A stretch of 64,000 nucleotides of DNA from a virus (Duplodnaviria > Caudoviricetes), in IMG/VR virus record IMGVR_UViG_3300028410_000746, one strand, 5' to 3'. The notes beneath the pieces are model-generated. The model was not told the origin of the DNA. It ran no database searches and saw only the letters and a program-made list of their open reading frames with translations. Of the stretch, positions 1-8,075 are shown one piece after another. Numbering within the stretch: position 1 is the first letter of the stretch; each line of letters opens with the position of its first letter. The translations under genes were made by a program, and so were the position numbers.

Positions 1-608
1 CGGCACACCACGTCAATGTCTTCGAGTCCACACAGACATCCCCAGGTCAGCTTCTCGGCTGCCAGGACTCGGTTCATCTCGTCTCGCGCGAAGTCCGTAT
101 CCTCCACGATGTCGGCCTTCGTCCTGGAGCCCGAGCTGTGGCTCATGAGGCGGTCGGAATGCTTCATGAGGTAGAGCATCGCGTCCCGGTATCCCTTCAG
201 GTGCAAGGTCTTGCGTCCCTCCTTCATTGACATCCCGTTGAAGAGGATGTCGTTGGCCGTCTTGAGGGCGATGTGGAGGTCCTGATCACGCTGCCCCTCC
301 ACGACGTCATGGACAAGGGCCTCGAAGTCCGCGCCGGTGTACGTGGTAAAGGTGGCCTGGACCTCCTTGAGCCTCTCCGAGGTGACCGCCTCACCCTCAC
401 GCTCGTAGTAGTCGTGCAGACTCTGGGGCTTTGGCAGCTCTCCAAACTGCGTGGCGAACCCCTGGATGAAGTCCCAGATGTCCTGGTCTTCTGCGTCTGG
501 GAGGCGGAGGTCTGAACCTGAGAGGGCCGCGTAGTTACGCTTGAGGTCGTCCTGTGGGATCTTACCATCCACGTCGAGGACACTGCGAAGGATCTTGGTG
601 AGGCTCAT
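1..608 (-). CDS. Probable DnaB-like replicative helicase, N-terminal part (runs off window edge)
   Basis: Open frame from ATG 608 (MSLTKILRSVLDVDGKIP...) to the edge, missed by the ORF track. It ends in WGCLCGLEDIDVCV, like the TGxxxLD segment that precedes Walker A in DnaB, and lies downstream of a DnaC-like gene. Confidence 0.5.
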   Translation of the reverse strand, partial: MSLTKILRSVLDVDGKIPQDDLKRNYAALSGSDLRLPDAEDQDIWDFIQGFATQFGELPKPQSLHDYYEREGEAVTSERLKEVQATFTTYTGADFEALVHDVVEGQRDQDLHIALKTANDILFNGMSMKEGRKTLHLKGYRDAMLYLMKHSDRLMSHSSGSRTKADIVEDTDFARDEMNRVLAAEKLTWGCLCGLEDIDVVC

Positions 609-648
609 ACTTGACTCGTATTTAACGTATCGTCGGGAAGGAAAGCGT

Positions 649-1455
649 TCAAAGGATGTTCATCGAGAGCTTCTTGCGGCGCGCCTTGGCCGCTGCTCGG
701 GCTTCCTTTGGCGTCTTGGGCTCGTCACTGGTGCCCTTGACGATCGGCGCCACGCCCTTGTAGAGCGAGCGCGCGGGCTGAGTCGCCTCAATGCTCAAGG
801 TCTCGAAATTCTCCGTGAGGTAGTCCGAGGCCTCCGGGCTCCACGCGAAGTGCCCCTCCACGTAGGGCTTGTTGTGTGCCGTCACCACCCAGGTGGGAGC
901 CCCCGCGAACCGGCGAATGCGCAGCGACTCCAGGAGCACCCCCGGCAACGCACGGTTGGAGTAGCTCGTCACTCCCAGGAAGACCACAACCAGCGAGGGG
1001 TCCTCTACCAAGTCCCTCAGGCTTGTGAAGGTCACCTGCGTCGACCCGCTGTCCTTGGAGGTCTCCTTGTCCTTGGAGAGCCACGCGTCGAGCATCTGGG
1101 AGTCGTTGGTCACGCGGTGGAAGAAGTTTGTCCCCTGGCAGATCAACGCGTGTCGCAGATGCGGCAGGAAGTCCCTGCGGTTGGCCTTGATGAAGAGCGA
1201 TTGATCCGTTCGGTCCTCAAAGGGCGAGCTTTTGAGAGGCTTCGCGTTGTAGATCTCATCTCCCAGGGAGTGCCTGTAGAGGTAGCGCAGCGTACACACG
1301 CACGGACGCTTGAAGTCCTTGGTGGTCCCCATTGAGATGTAGCCCGTCCCCGAGCAGACCTTGCAGTCATTCTCAGAGGCCGTCGGCGTCGCGAAATCCT
1401 GAACGCTCTTGCGCTCTTTGCTTGGCTTGTCGCCCTTGGTCGTCTTCGTCGTCAT
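649..1455 (-). CDS. DnaC/IstB-like helicase-loader-type protein
   Basis: N-terminal CKVCSGTG...RPCVC zinc motif followed by a degenerate AAA-like region; likely start MTTKTT at 1455. Confidence 0.5.
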   Translation of the reverse strand: MTTKTTKGDKPSKERKSVQDFATPTASENDCKVCSGTGYISMGTTKDFKRPCVCTLRYLYRHSLGDEIYNAKPLKSSPFEDRTDQSLFIKANRRDFLPHLRHALICQGTNFFHRVTNDSQMLDAWLSKDKETSKDSGSTQVTFTSLRDLVEDPSLVVVFLGVTSYSNRALPGVLLESLRIRRFAGAPTWVVTAHNKPYVEGHFAWSPEASDYLTENFETLSIEATQPARSLYKGVAPIVKGTSDEPKTPKEARAAAKARRKKLSMNIL

Positions 1456-1486
1456 AGGTTGGGCTCGTTCGTGTCGTATGCGGTGA

Positions 1487-3202
1487 TCAGGTGTCGTCGA
1501 GTGAGGAGACCATGGCGTCATAGAGCGCCTTGGTCTCCGAGGGGCCAAACACGAAGTCGTCTTCAGCCTCCTCATCGTTGCCAAGGAGGCGCGCCCCCAG
1601 CGCTCCCTCGATGTAACCCATCTTCTTGCTCAAGGTGTCGGATACGTGCTTGTCGATCGTCGCTTCGCCAAAGGGGCCCTCCGCGATAAGGTTCACAGCG
1701 TACACGGATTGATGAGGGGAGCCAATCCGAATCATCCGACCCACGAGCTGGAGAAGGTCCCCCGCGCTCCAGGGCAGATCAAAGAACACCATGACCCGTG
1801 CCTGCTGTAGGTTTATACCCTCAGCCCCGGCCATCGTCAAGAAGATAACCCTGGTGTCGTCAGTCTCCGTAAAGGCGCGTCGGGCTGCGTCGCGCTGGTA
1901 GGTGTTCTCTGAGCCGGTGACCCGAACCATCCCTTTCCCATCTTTGCACGCGCGAGGCTCCCAGGCGCGACCCTCCCCAGGCTCAATGCCCAGCTCGTAA
2001 TCACGCGCCACGAGGAGGTCCTGTAGACGGTCCACCATCTTGCGGAAGCGAGTGAAGACGATCACCTTCTCCTCCGCCAGCTCACCGTCGAGAAGCTCCA
2101 ACAGGAGGTCCACCTTCGGGCTCGCCCCTTCGTTGCCGATCAAGTAGAGGTCGTCCACGATCTCCTGACAGTAGATCAGCTTGGTGAGGTGGCTGGTCTC
2201 CACGGCTGCGTCGTCGGCGTCTGGATCGAACAGGCTCGCCTCGGCCACCATCTCGTGACTCTCGTTGACTGCCAGGAGACCCGCCACTGCGTCCTGGTAG
2301 TGTCGCCATTGATCACGACTCATCGAGACCTTGATCTCCTTGGTCGTCAAGACCGGCAGCTCCTTGGCGACCGTGTGCTTGGCTCGGCCAAGGTAGAAGG
2401 GGTCGATGCGCCCGCGAAACAGCTTGATGTGATCTCGCGTGTGTCCCACGATCATGGGCACCTTGCGTCCGCCCCCGATAGGTTGCATGCGAGTCACGCA
2501 GTAATTGCGCATGAACCCCTTCTCGGAGCTGAAGGTACCGGGCCGAACGACCGAGTAGATGCCGAACCCCTCCATGAGGTTGTTCTTGATCAGCGTCGCC
2601 GTGGCTCCGTAGACCCTCCAGGCGTTGTCCGCCAGACGTTTGGTCATGACGTGGGTGTTCGACTTGGGCGACTTCACCGCCGCAACCTCATCGAGCCAAA
2701 GGACGTACTGGCGACCTCCCAGGTGTGCCTTGAGCTTTCGGTAGTCGATTCTCAGCCGGGGGTAGTTCGTGATCAGGACGCTTGGGTTGTCGGGGTCCCA
2801 CGTCGAGAAGAACTCTTCGTAGACCTTCTCTCGCTGCTTGGCCGTACCGTCTACCATGAAGCAGCGAATGCCCGTGGTGAACTTGTCGAACTCCCCAGCC
2901 CACTGTCGAATCGCGCTCGTCGTCGTCACGAAGATCGGCACGAGGTTCGGCTCGCGTCCCCACAGGAGACACTGAGCCGCGATGGTCATGAGGCTCTTGC
3001 CCAAGCCCGTATCATCCCCGACCACGAAGCGCTTGCGCATGAGCAGGTGGAGGACCATCTGCTTCTGGTAGTGGCGCAGCTCGAAGGGCACGACGCTCCC
3101 ATCCTTGAGCGTCAAGGTTTCTCTCAAGAACGGTGTGTGGGGTAGCGTGATCTGCTCACACTCGCGGACGCGCTGGAGCTTCTCATAGGTCGAATCTGCC
3201 AT
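1487..3202 (-). CDS. SNF2-family (SF2) helicase/ATPase
   Basis: GDDTGLGKS Walker A, WLDEV Walker B, TATLIKNNL motif III, GAEGINLQQARVMVFFDLPWSAGDLLQLVGRMIRIG motifs V/VI. Confidence 0.9.
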   Translation of the reverse strand: MADSTYEKLQRVRECEQITLPHTPFLRETLTLKDGSVVPFELRHYQKQMVLHLLMRKRFVVGDDTGLGKSLMTIAAQCLLWGREPNLVPIFVTTTSAIRQWAGEFDKFTTGIRCFMVDGTAKQREKVYEEFFSTWDPDNPSVLITNYPRLRIDYRKLKAHLGGRQYVLWLDEVAAVKSPKSNTHVMTKRLADNAWRVYGATATLIKNNLMEGFGIYSVVRPGTFSSEKGFMRNYCVTRMQPIGGGRKVPMIVGHTRDHIKLFRGRIDPFYLGRAKHTVAKELPVLTTKEIKVSMSRDQWRHYQDAVAGLLAVNESHEMVAEASLFDPDADDAAVETSHLTKLIYCQEIVDDLYLIGNEGASPKVDLLLELLDGELAEEKVIVFTRFRKMVDRLQDLLVARDYELGIEPGEGRAWEPRACKDGKGMVRVTGSENTYQRDAARRAFTETDDTRVIFLTMAGAEGINLQQARVMVFFDLPWSAGDLLQLVGRMIRIGSPHQSVYAVNLIAEGPFGEATIDKHVSDTLSKKMGYIEGALGARLLGNDEEAEDDFVFGPSETKALYDAMVSSLDDT

Positions 3203-3231
3203 AACTTCAATCTCACGTATCGGAGGAGGCT

Positions 3232-3552
3232 TCAGCCCATTACCAGCTCATAGACGTAGTTCAAGAGCGCGCGGCGAGCCTCTCCTGCCGGGGGGTTCTG
3301 CATTGCATGCAAAATCTCCCCCTCGGTGACTCCGTGAGCCCGTGCCACGTCTCGCAGCTTCTTGTCGCACAGACGCGTGAACGCAGGCTCCATCTCTCGC
3401 GTCAACCACAGGCGGTAGGCCTCAAACGCTTCACGCTTGGGCCCCTCCTGATTCAAAGTACGCCGGCGCTTGATGGCTTCTATGGGACGCTGCTCCGCGC
3501 GCACCTTTCGTACGAGCTGGAGCATGTAGTCGTGATCGGGTGCAGTCGTCAT
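3232..3552 (-). CDS. Hypothetical protein
   Basis: 106-aa ORF in a co-directional operon. Confidence 0.6.
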   Translation of the reverse strand: MTTAPDHDYMLQLVRKVRAEQRPIEAIKRRRTLNQEGPKREAFEAYRLWLTREMEPAFTRLCDKKLRDVARAHGVTEGEILHAMQNPPAGEARRALLNYVYELVMG

Positions 3553-3631
3553 GGGGCCAGCTCACGTAGAGAGGGTGGCGGCCTTCGAGCTTGGAAGGCC
3601 GGGATGTGCATCTACAGGAGCCACAACGAGA

Positions 3632-4216
3632 TTACCGGGAGTTGCGCCTCACGTGACGCCACACCTCGATCGCCGACTCCCCGAACATCTCACTGGGGGC
3701 GGGCACCTCCAGTCGAGTCTCATGGAGAATCCCATCCGAAATGTTGGAGCGGGCTTGCACCTGATGAGAGATGAGCCCGCCCACCTCCTCAACCGTGAGC
3801 TGATGCTTGCGCCCATCGTTGTAATAGAACCCCGCCGAGATGAAGTCCTCGACGCACTCATGACTCAAACACTCTCGGATGACGTTGGAGGCGCCGAGGG
3901 TAGGCATCACGACGTCCAGCGCGAAGAGCGAGATGATGCGAACCGGCTTCAGGAGGTGGATGACCTCGTGGACCTTCTTCATATCGGTGAAGTCCAGACA
4001 GACGGCATCTCCCTTGGGGTGTTGGTCCGTCGGCTTGTAGACACTCGGCTCGCTGACGAGGCTCCGCCCGATCTCACACTGGCCGGCTCCCAGATCCAAC
4101 ACGCACCCACATGCAGGAGGTCCGAGTTGGCGAAAGGCTCGCTGATGACGTGGCTGCGACGCCTTCGCCCACGTGGCATAATCGCTCCAGAACTTGTCGC
4201 TCGCATGGGACATCAC
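3632..4216 (-). CDS. Class I SAM-dependent methyltransferase-like protein
   Basis: VLDLGAGQCEIG motif I; CLDFTD motif. Confidence 0.6.
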   Translation of the reverse strand: MMSHASDKFWSDYATWAKASQPRHQRAFRQLGPPACGCVLDLGAGQCEIGRSLVSEPSVYKPTDQHPKGDAVCLDFTDMKKVHEVIHLLKPVRIISLFALDVVMPTLGASNVIRECLSHECVEDFISAGFYYNDGRKHQLTVEEVGGLISHQVQARSNISDGILHETRLEVPAPSEMFGESAIEVWRHVRRNSR

Positions 4217-4286
4217 GGACTCCCTTCGTTACCACCTCTGAAGTTCTATCCGTAAAGGGTAGTCCCTCCCGTACGGGGGCGTCAAG

Positions 4287-4943
4287 TCAGTTGAAGGAGA
4301 GGCTGACTCCGAACACGGAGATGAGGTCTCCAGTGCCGTACTCCACTGCCGCACCTCCCAGGAGGCCGAGATTCTTGGTGAGGTCTACCCCCAGGCTCAG
4401 GCCTCCTTGCTTGAGTCCCGAGTGCGCCTGTACGTGAAGCATGCGCCAGTAGAAGGGCTCGAAGGCCAGCACCGGGTCGAACATCTCTCCAAGCTCTCCG
4501 CCGAGGTTGCTTGGGAGCCACACGAAGCCTAGCTTGACGCGAAGGCGAAAGCCCCACTCCGGGGCCACCGGGGGCTTCTGTTTGGTGACCGCCACGTTGT
4601 TGTCCACGCTGAACTTGAGCTTCCAGCGGCACCACCTCAGCTCCCCCTCCAGCTTGTCGTCGGTCAAGACTTGGCCATCTCGCGTGATCACGACCCGCTG
4701 GTCCTTGAACTCCATGTCCAGGTCCCCGGACTGGGCCGAGTCGATCATGCAGTTGTGGTTCTCGGCCACTTCGGACAGCTCGGCCGCCTGCGCGTTCGTC
4801 AGACACTTGTACCCAATAGGACACTCCGCAGGCGGCCGCTCCAGGGTGCGCAGCTCTCGCTCCTGAGCGTATACATCCTCCGCGACCAGGACGGTGTTGA
4901 GAAGGACCAGGAGGGCGGTCAGGAGGACGTACGAGCGTTGCAT
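4287..4943 (-). CDS. Secreted/outer-membrane protein, possibly spanin-like
   Basis: N-terminal signal peptide; C-terminal alternating beta-strands ending VFGVSLSFN; sits with membrane genes. Confidence 0.45.
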   Translation of the reverse strand: MQRSYVLLTALLVLLNTVLVAEDVYAQERELRTLERPPAECPIGYKCLTNAQAAELSEVAENHNCMIDSAQSGDLDMEFKDQRVVITRDGQVLTDDKLEGELRWCRWKLKFSVDNNVAVTKQKPPVAPEWGFRLRVKLGFVWLPSNLGGELGEMFDPVLAFEPFYWRMLHVQAHSGLKQGGLSLGVDLTKNLGLLGGAAVEYGTGDLISVFGVSLSFN

Positions 4944-4951
4944 GGGCTACC

Positions 4952-5491
4952 TCACTTGAGCGCGTCCAGAATGTCCTTGGATACGCGTTTGGGACCTTCG
5001 ACCACGGTGATCTCGACCTTGCCGGGCTTGGTCAGGATCACCGTGTCAACGTCCGTGTCTTTGACTCCAGTTGGAAGGCGCAGCTTCTTGGTGGAAGCCT
5101 CCCCTTCTTCGGTCTCGGGGACCGCGACCTCCAGGACGTTACGGTCCCGGAAGGGGTTGCGTCTGCGGTCGACTACGGTAACCTCTCGCTGTACGAATCC
5201 TTCGTCGTCAGGCTCGCCCACTTCGATCGGCTCGCCGTCTTTCTGCCGACCCTCAGGCACACGGTTCACCTGCACCTCAAGGCTGGGCACGTCTTCTGCC
5301 TCGTCCCGGCCAAAGAGCCACCCCAGTACGCCGCCCACGTTGAACGCATCACCCACCCCGAAGAGGAGGAGGACTACCGCCACGACCACGACCACGAGAG
5401 CAATCACGAGTGCCAGAGGGTAGCGCAGCGTATAGTTCCAGACCGTGAGGCCCCACCGCTTGATGCGGCTCCATGCGGTCTCATCACTCAT
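4952..5491 (-). CDS. Single-pass membrane protein, possibly i-spanin-like
   Basis: Long hydrophobic helix LALVIALVVVVVAVVLLLFGVG near the N-terminus. Confidence 0.5.
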   Translation of the reverse strand: MSDETAWSRIKRWGLTVWNYTLRYPLALVIALVVVVVAVVLLLFGVGDAFNVGGVLGWLFGRDEAEDVPSLEVQVNRVPEGRQKDGEPIEVGEPDDEGFVQREVTVVDRRRNPFRDRNVLEVAVPETEEGEASTKKLRLPTGVKDTDVDTVILTKPGKVEITVVEGPKRVSKDILDALK

Positions 5492-5954
5492 GGTAGTCGT
5501 CCGTACGGTCGTCCACGAAGGGAGAGTCCACGAAGGTCACCTTGGGCGGCGAAGGACGGAGGACGTCCTCAGCGCGTGCGAGGCTAAAGGGCATCGTGGA
5601 GGCTGAGTCCGCCTGTGGAAGCGAGATCTGAGGTACCAGCGCAGCAGTGGGCGCAGCAGTGGGCGCCGCAGCGGGAGCTGCTGGACCAAAGATGGGCGTG
5701 GCCTGTGATCCACGGGCTCCCAGTCGACCTCGCATGATCTCGGCAAGAGGGCCCGAGAGCTTCTTGCCGAAGTTGTAGGCGAAGAGGACGAGCAGGATGT
5801 CGAACATCGTGTTCGGCACCGCCTTGGTGGCGGCCCAGAACCAGATGTGGGCTCCAAACACGACCCAGCACATGAGGCGGCCCATGCTCAACTCGTTATT
5901 CTCAATGAGGACGGCGCCCCACTTGACGGCTTTGATACGGTCCCACATGGTCAA
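5484..5954 (-). CDS. Holin-like membrane protein
   Basis: Two hydrophobic segments (LMCWVVFGAHIWFWAA; MFDILLVLFAYNFG) then a basic KK and a low-complexity tail. Confidence 0.5.
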   Translation of the reverse strand: MTMWDRIKAVKWGAVLIENNELSMGRLMCWVVFGAHIWFWAATKAVPNTMFDILLVLFAYNFGKKLSGPLAEIMRGRLGARGSQATPIFGPAAPAAAPTAAPTAALVPQISLPQADSASTMPFSLARAEDVLRPSPPKVTFVDSPFVDDRTDDYHE

Positions 5955-7120
5955 CTCTCCTCAGTATGATAGGGTAAGTGCAGGTGCAAGGTCGTACCCT
6001 CTCCAACGGTGCTCTCCGCGTCGATAGTACCACCTGCACTGCGCACAAAGTGATAAACGAAGTACAACCCCAGACCCGAGCCTGTATCCACGTCTCGCGT
6101 GGTGAAATACGGAGTGAAGACTTGCTTGAGCGTGTTGGCGTCCATGCCACACCCGTTGTCCGTAAAGCTCAGGACGATGCAGTTCGGGTGGTGGGGCTTG
6201 TTACACATGTGCGTAAGGATGCGTATGGACGCCTCCTCTTCCAGGCCCTTGGTGGCACGCATGGCGTTGTCGAACAGGTTGGTCAAGACTTGGGAGAATC
6301 GGGGCCCGGACATCTCAATGAGCTTGTCTTGAGCGAGGTCATTCTCCATCGAGAACACCCCCACATAGCGCTTGGTGGGCTCCACGAAGCTCATTGTCTG
6401 CACGTAGTTGTTGAGCGCATGTCCCAGATCAAGGAAAGCCCCCTGGGGAGCCGTCAGCTCACGCATGGGAGCGGTCATGTCGTTGAGGATCTGTGACATT
6501 CGCAGGAGCGCCGTCCGGGTGCCCTCAAGAGAGGTAGAGAGGTCGACGTCTTCGGACTCCGAGGAGATCTCCAGGAGGTCAAGGTATCCGCGAGCGGTAG
6601 CCAGAGGCGTCTTTAGCTCGTGGTTGAGACCGAAGAGCATGATCTGAAGCCTCTCCGCCCACTTGTGCTCCTCCTCTGCCAGGATCACGGCGTGTGTCGC
6701 CGCTACCTCGATGAATATGATCAGTGTCGCCCCAAACGCATCATGCCGATAGAAGCGTACGAGATGCTCATCGGAGCGTCCCTTGAGGTAGAGACCTTTA
6801 ATGAGCATCGGCTGGCGGAACTCCCCCAGGGCAAAGAGGGTGTCCAGGAGGGTATGGCAATCCTCCCGCACAAAGTCGTACAGGGAGCAGTACCCAAGCT
6901 CGTCCAGGGTGAGACCTACGTACTCCAGGGCCGGGGGGTTGGCGTGGAGGAGGTCTGCGTTGAAGTCGGTCTGGAAAATGACGGAGACGTTCTCATAGTA
7001 GCTGGCGAGACTTGCAACCACCTCCACGCCCTCGGAGAGATGACGATCCTCAGGCGGCCTTCGCCACATGCCTCGCCACTTCTTCCAGAAACGACCGAGC
7101 TGCGAAATGGTCTTTCTCAT
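5951..7120 (-). CDS. PAS-domain sensor histidine kinase (start may be ATG 7069)
   Basis: PAS-like ANPPALEYVG; H-box LNHELKTPL; N-box LTNLFDNAMRA; G1 DNGCGM; F-box VFTPYFTT; G2 GSGLGL; no transmembrane helix. Confidence 0.95.
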   Translation of the reverse strand: MRKTISQLGRFWKKWRGMWRRPPEDRHLSEGVEVVASLASYYENVSVIFQTDFNADLLHANPPALEYVGLTLDELGYCSLYDFVREDCHTLLDTLFALGEFRQPMLIKGLYLKGRSDEHLVRFYRHDAFGATLIIFIEVAATHAVILAEEEHKWAERLQIMLFGLNHELKTPLATARGYLDLLEISSESEDVDLSTSLEGTRTALLRMSQILNDMTAPMRELTAPQGAFLDLGHALNNYVQTMSFVEPTKRYVGVFSMENDLAQDKLIEMSGPRFSQVLTNLFDNAMRATKGLEEEASIRILTHMCNKPHHPNCIVLSFTDNGCGMDANTLKQVFTPYFTTRDVDTGSGLGLYFVYHFVRSAGGTIDAESTVGEGTTLHLHLPYHTEES

Positions 7121-7430
7121 AGATCCGCTCTCCCGTGGCCGAGGCGGCCCGATACTCAGGGCTTTGGGGGTGACACCCGGTCAAGAATATGACCGGGCAC
7201 GTATGGCCCTCTTCCCGTAGCCAATGGTAAAACTCCACTCCTCCAGTGCCGTTGATGATCAGATCAATGACCACGCAGTCCGGGTCGTTCCCCGCTTCGG
7301 AGAGGCTCTCCTTGGCCAGTCTGATGGCGTGCGCCTTCTCAGTGCACACCTCCACGTCGTAACGCAGGGAGAGGATGGACTTGAGCATGCTCGCCATCTC
7401 GGTATCGTCTTCGATTACCAGGACCTTCAT
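7050..7430 (-). CDS. Stand-alone receiver-domain response regulator (CheY-like)
   Basis: MKVLVIEDD acidic pocket, VVIDL phosphoacceptor Asp, IFLTG Thr, YEK Lys. Confidence 0.9.
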   Translation of the reverse strand: MKVLVIEDDTEMASMLKSILSLRYDVEVCTEKAHAIRLAKESLSEAGNDPDCVVIDLIINGTGGVEFYHWLREEGHTCPVIFLTGCHPQSPEYRAASATGERIYEKDHFAARSFLEEVARHVAKAA

Positions 7431-7434
7431 AAGA

Positions 7435-7875
7435 TCACTTCTCTCTCTGGGGACCCTGCACAGGAAGTGCAGGCTCTTGGTCGTTAGTCTTGCTCTCCAC
7501 CTTCTGAGTCGCAGCGGCCGTCTGGAGGTCCACCGTCTTCATGAAGTAGGTCGTAAGGCTGCCGACCAGGAGCAGGATGATGGGCCATAACCACTTCATG
7601 GTCTTGATGGAGCCGTTGATCTGCTGCAAGGTCGCCGTGTTTGCCATGACGAGCTTGGTGATCTCCTTGCGGTCCTCAATGTCTTGCTCCAGGGTCTGCT
7701 CGACCGACTGGAGCTTGAGCGTCATCTGAGACTGGTTCTCGGAGACCTCCTCAAGACCGGACCCGAACGACTCAAAGCGCTTGAAGATCTGATCGTCACG
7801 TGTCTTACGGACGGACCTCTCCGCCGTAAGGCGCTCTTCGAGACGTGTGAGCCTCTCCCTTCCCTCTTCATTCAT
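7435..7875 (-). CDS. Coiled-coil protein with C-terminal transmembrane helix (XhlA/holin-like)
   Basis: Heptad-rich N-terminus followed by KWLWPIILLLVGSLTTYF. Confidence 0.5.
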   Translation of the reverse strand: MNEEGRERLTRLEERLTAERSVRKTRDDQIFKRFESFGSGLEEVSENQSQMTLKLQSVEQTLEQDIEDRKEITKLVMANTATLQQINGSIKTMKWLWPIILLLVGSLTTYFMKTVDLQTAAATQKVESKTNDQEPALPVQGPQREK

Positions 7876-8045
7876 TTGGGGCCCCCTTCGCGTCGCAACA
7901 GGGTGCGAGCTTGGTCGGTTTGGTGTCGGATCTCATCCGTCATACCTTCCTTGACTGCCCTCGTCTTCAAGTATACCAAACGACCTTTGGCCCATTCTAC
8001 TGCGCGAGTACCTCTCAAATCAGTGGCACGGAGCTTCCTTGACAT
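7872..8045 (-). CDS. Small basic hypothetical protein (57 aa)
   Basis: AAGGAGG RBS then ATG (MSRKLRATDLRG...); its TGA overlaps the next ATG (ATGA); below the ORF-track cut-off. Confidence 0.55.
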   Translation of the reverse strand: MSRKLRATDLRGTRAVEWAKGRLVYLKTRAVKEGMTDEIRHQTDQARTLLRREGGPK

Positions 8046-8075
8046 GGGGCCCTCCTTTACGGTACCCCCAAGATG

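Noticed and set aside
224-583. 119-aa Ser/Arg/Thr-rich minus-strand ORF
   Set aside because: It is an alternative frame of the real gene starting at 608.
1487-3202. Self-targeting of the phage SNF2 helicase by the array-2 spacer
   Set aside because: The Walker B region here encodes WLDEVAAVK and does not match the spacer.
7175-7197. Inverted repeat CCCGGTCA/TGACCGGG
   Set aside because: It is short, lies within the receiver-domain coding sequence and has no U tract, so chance is plausible.
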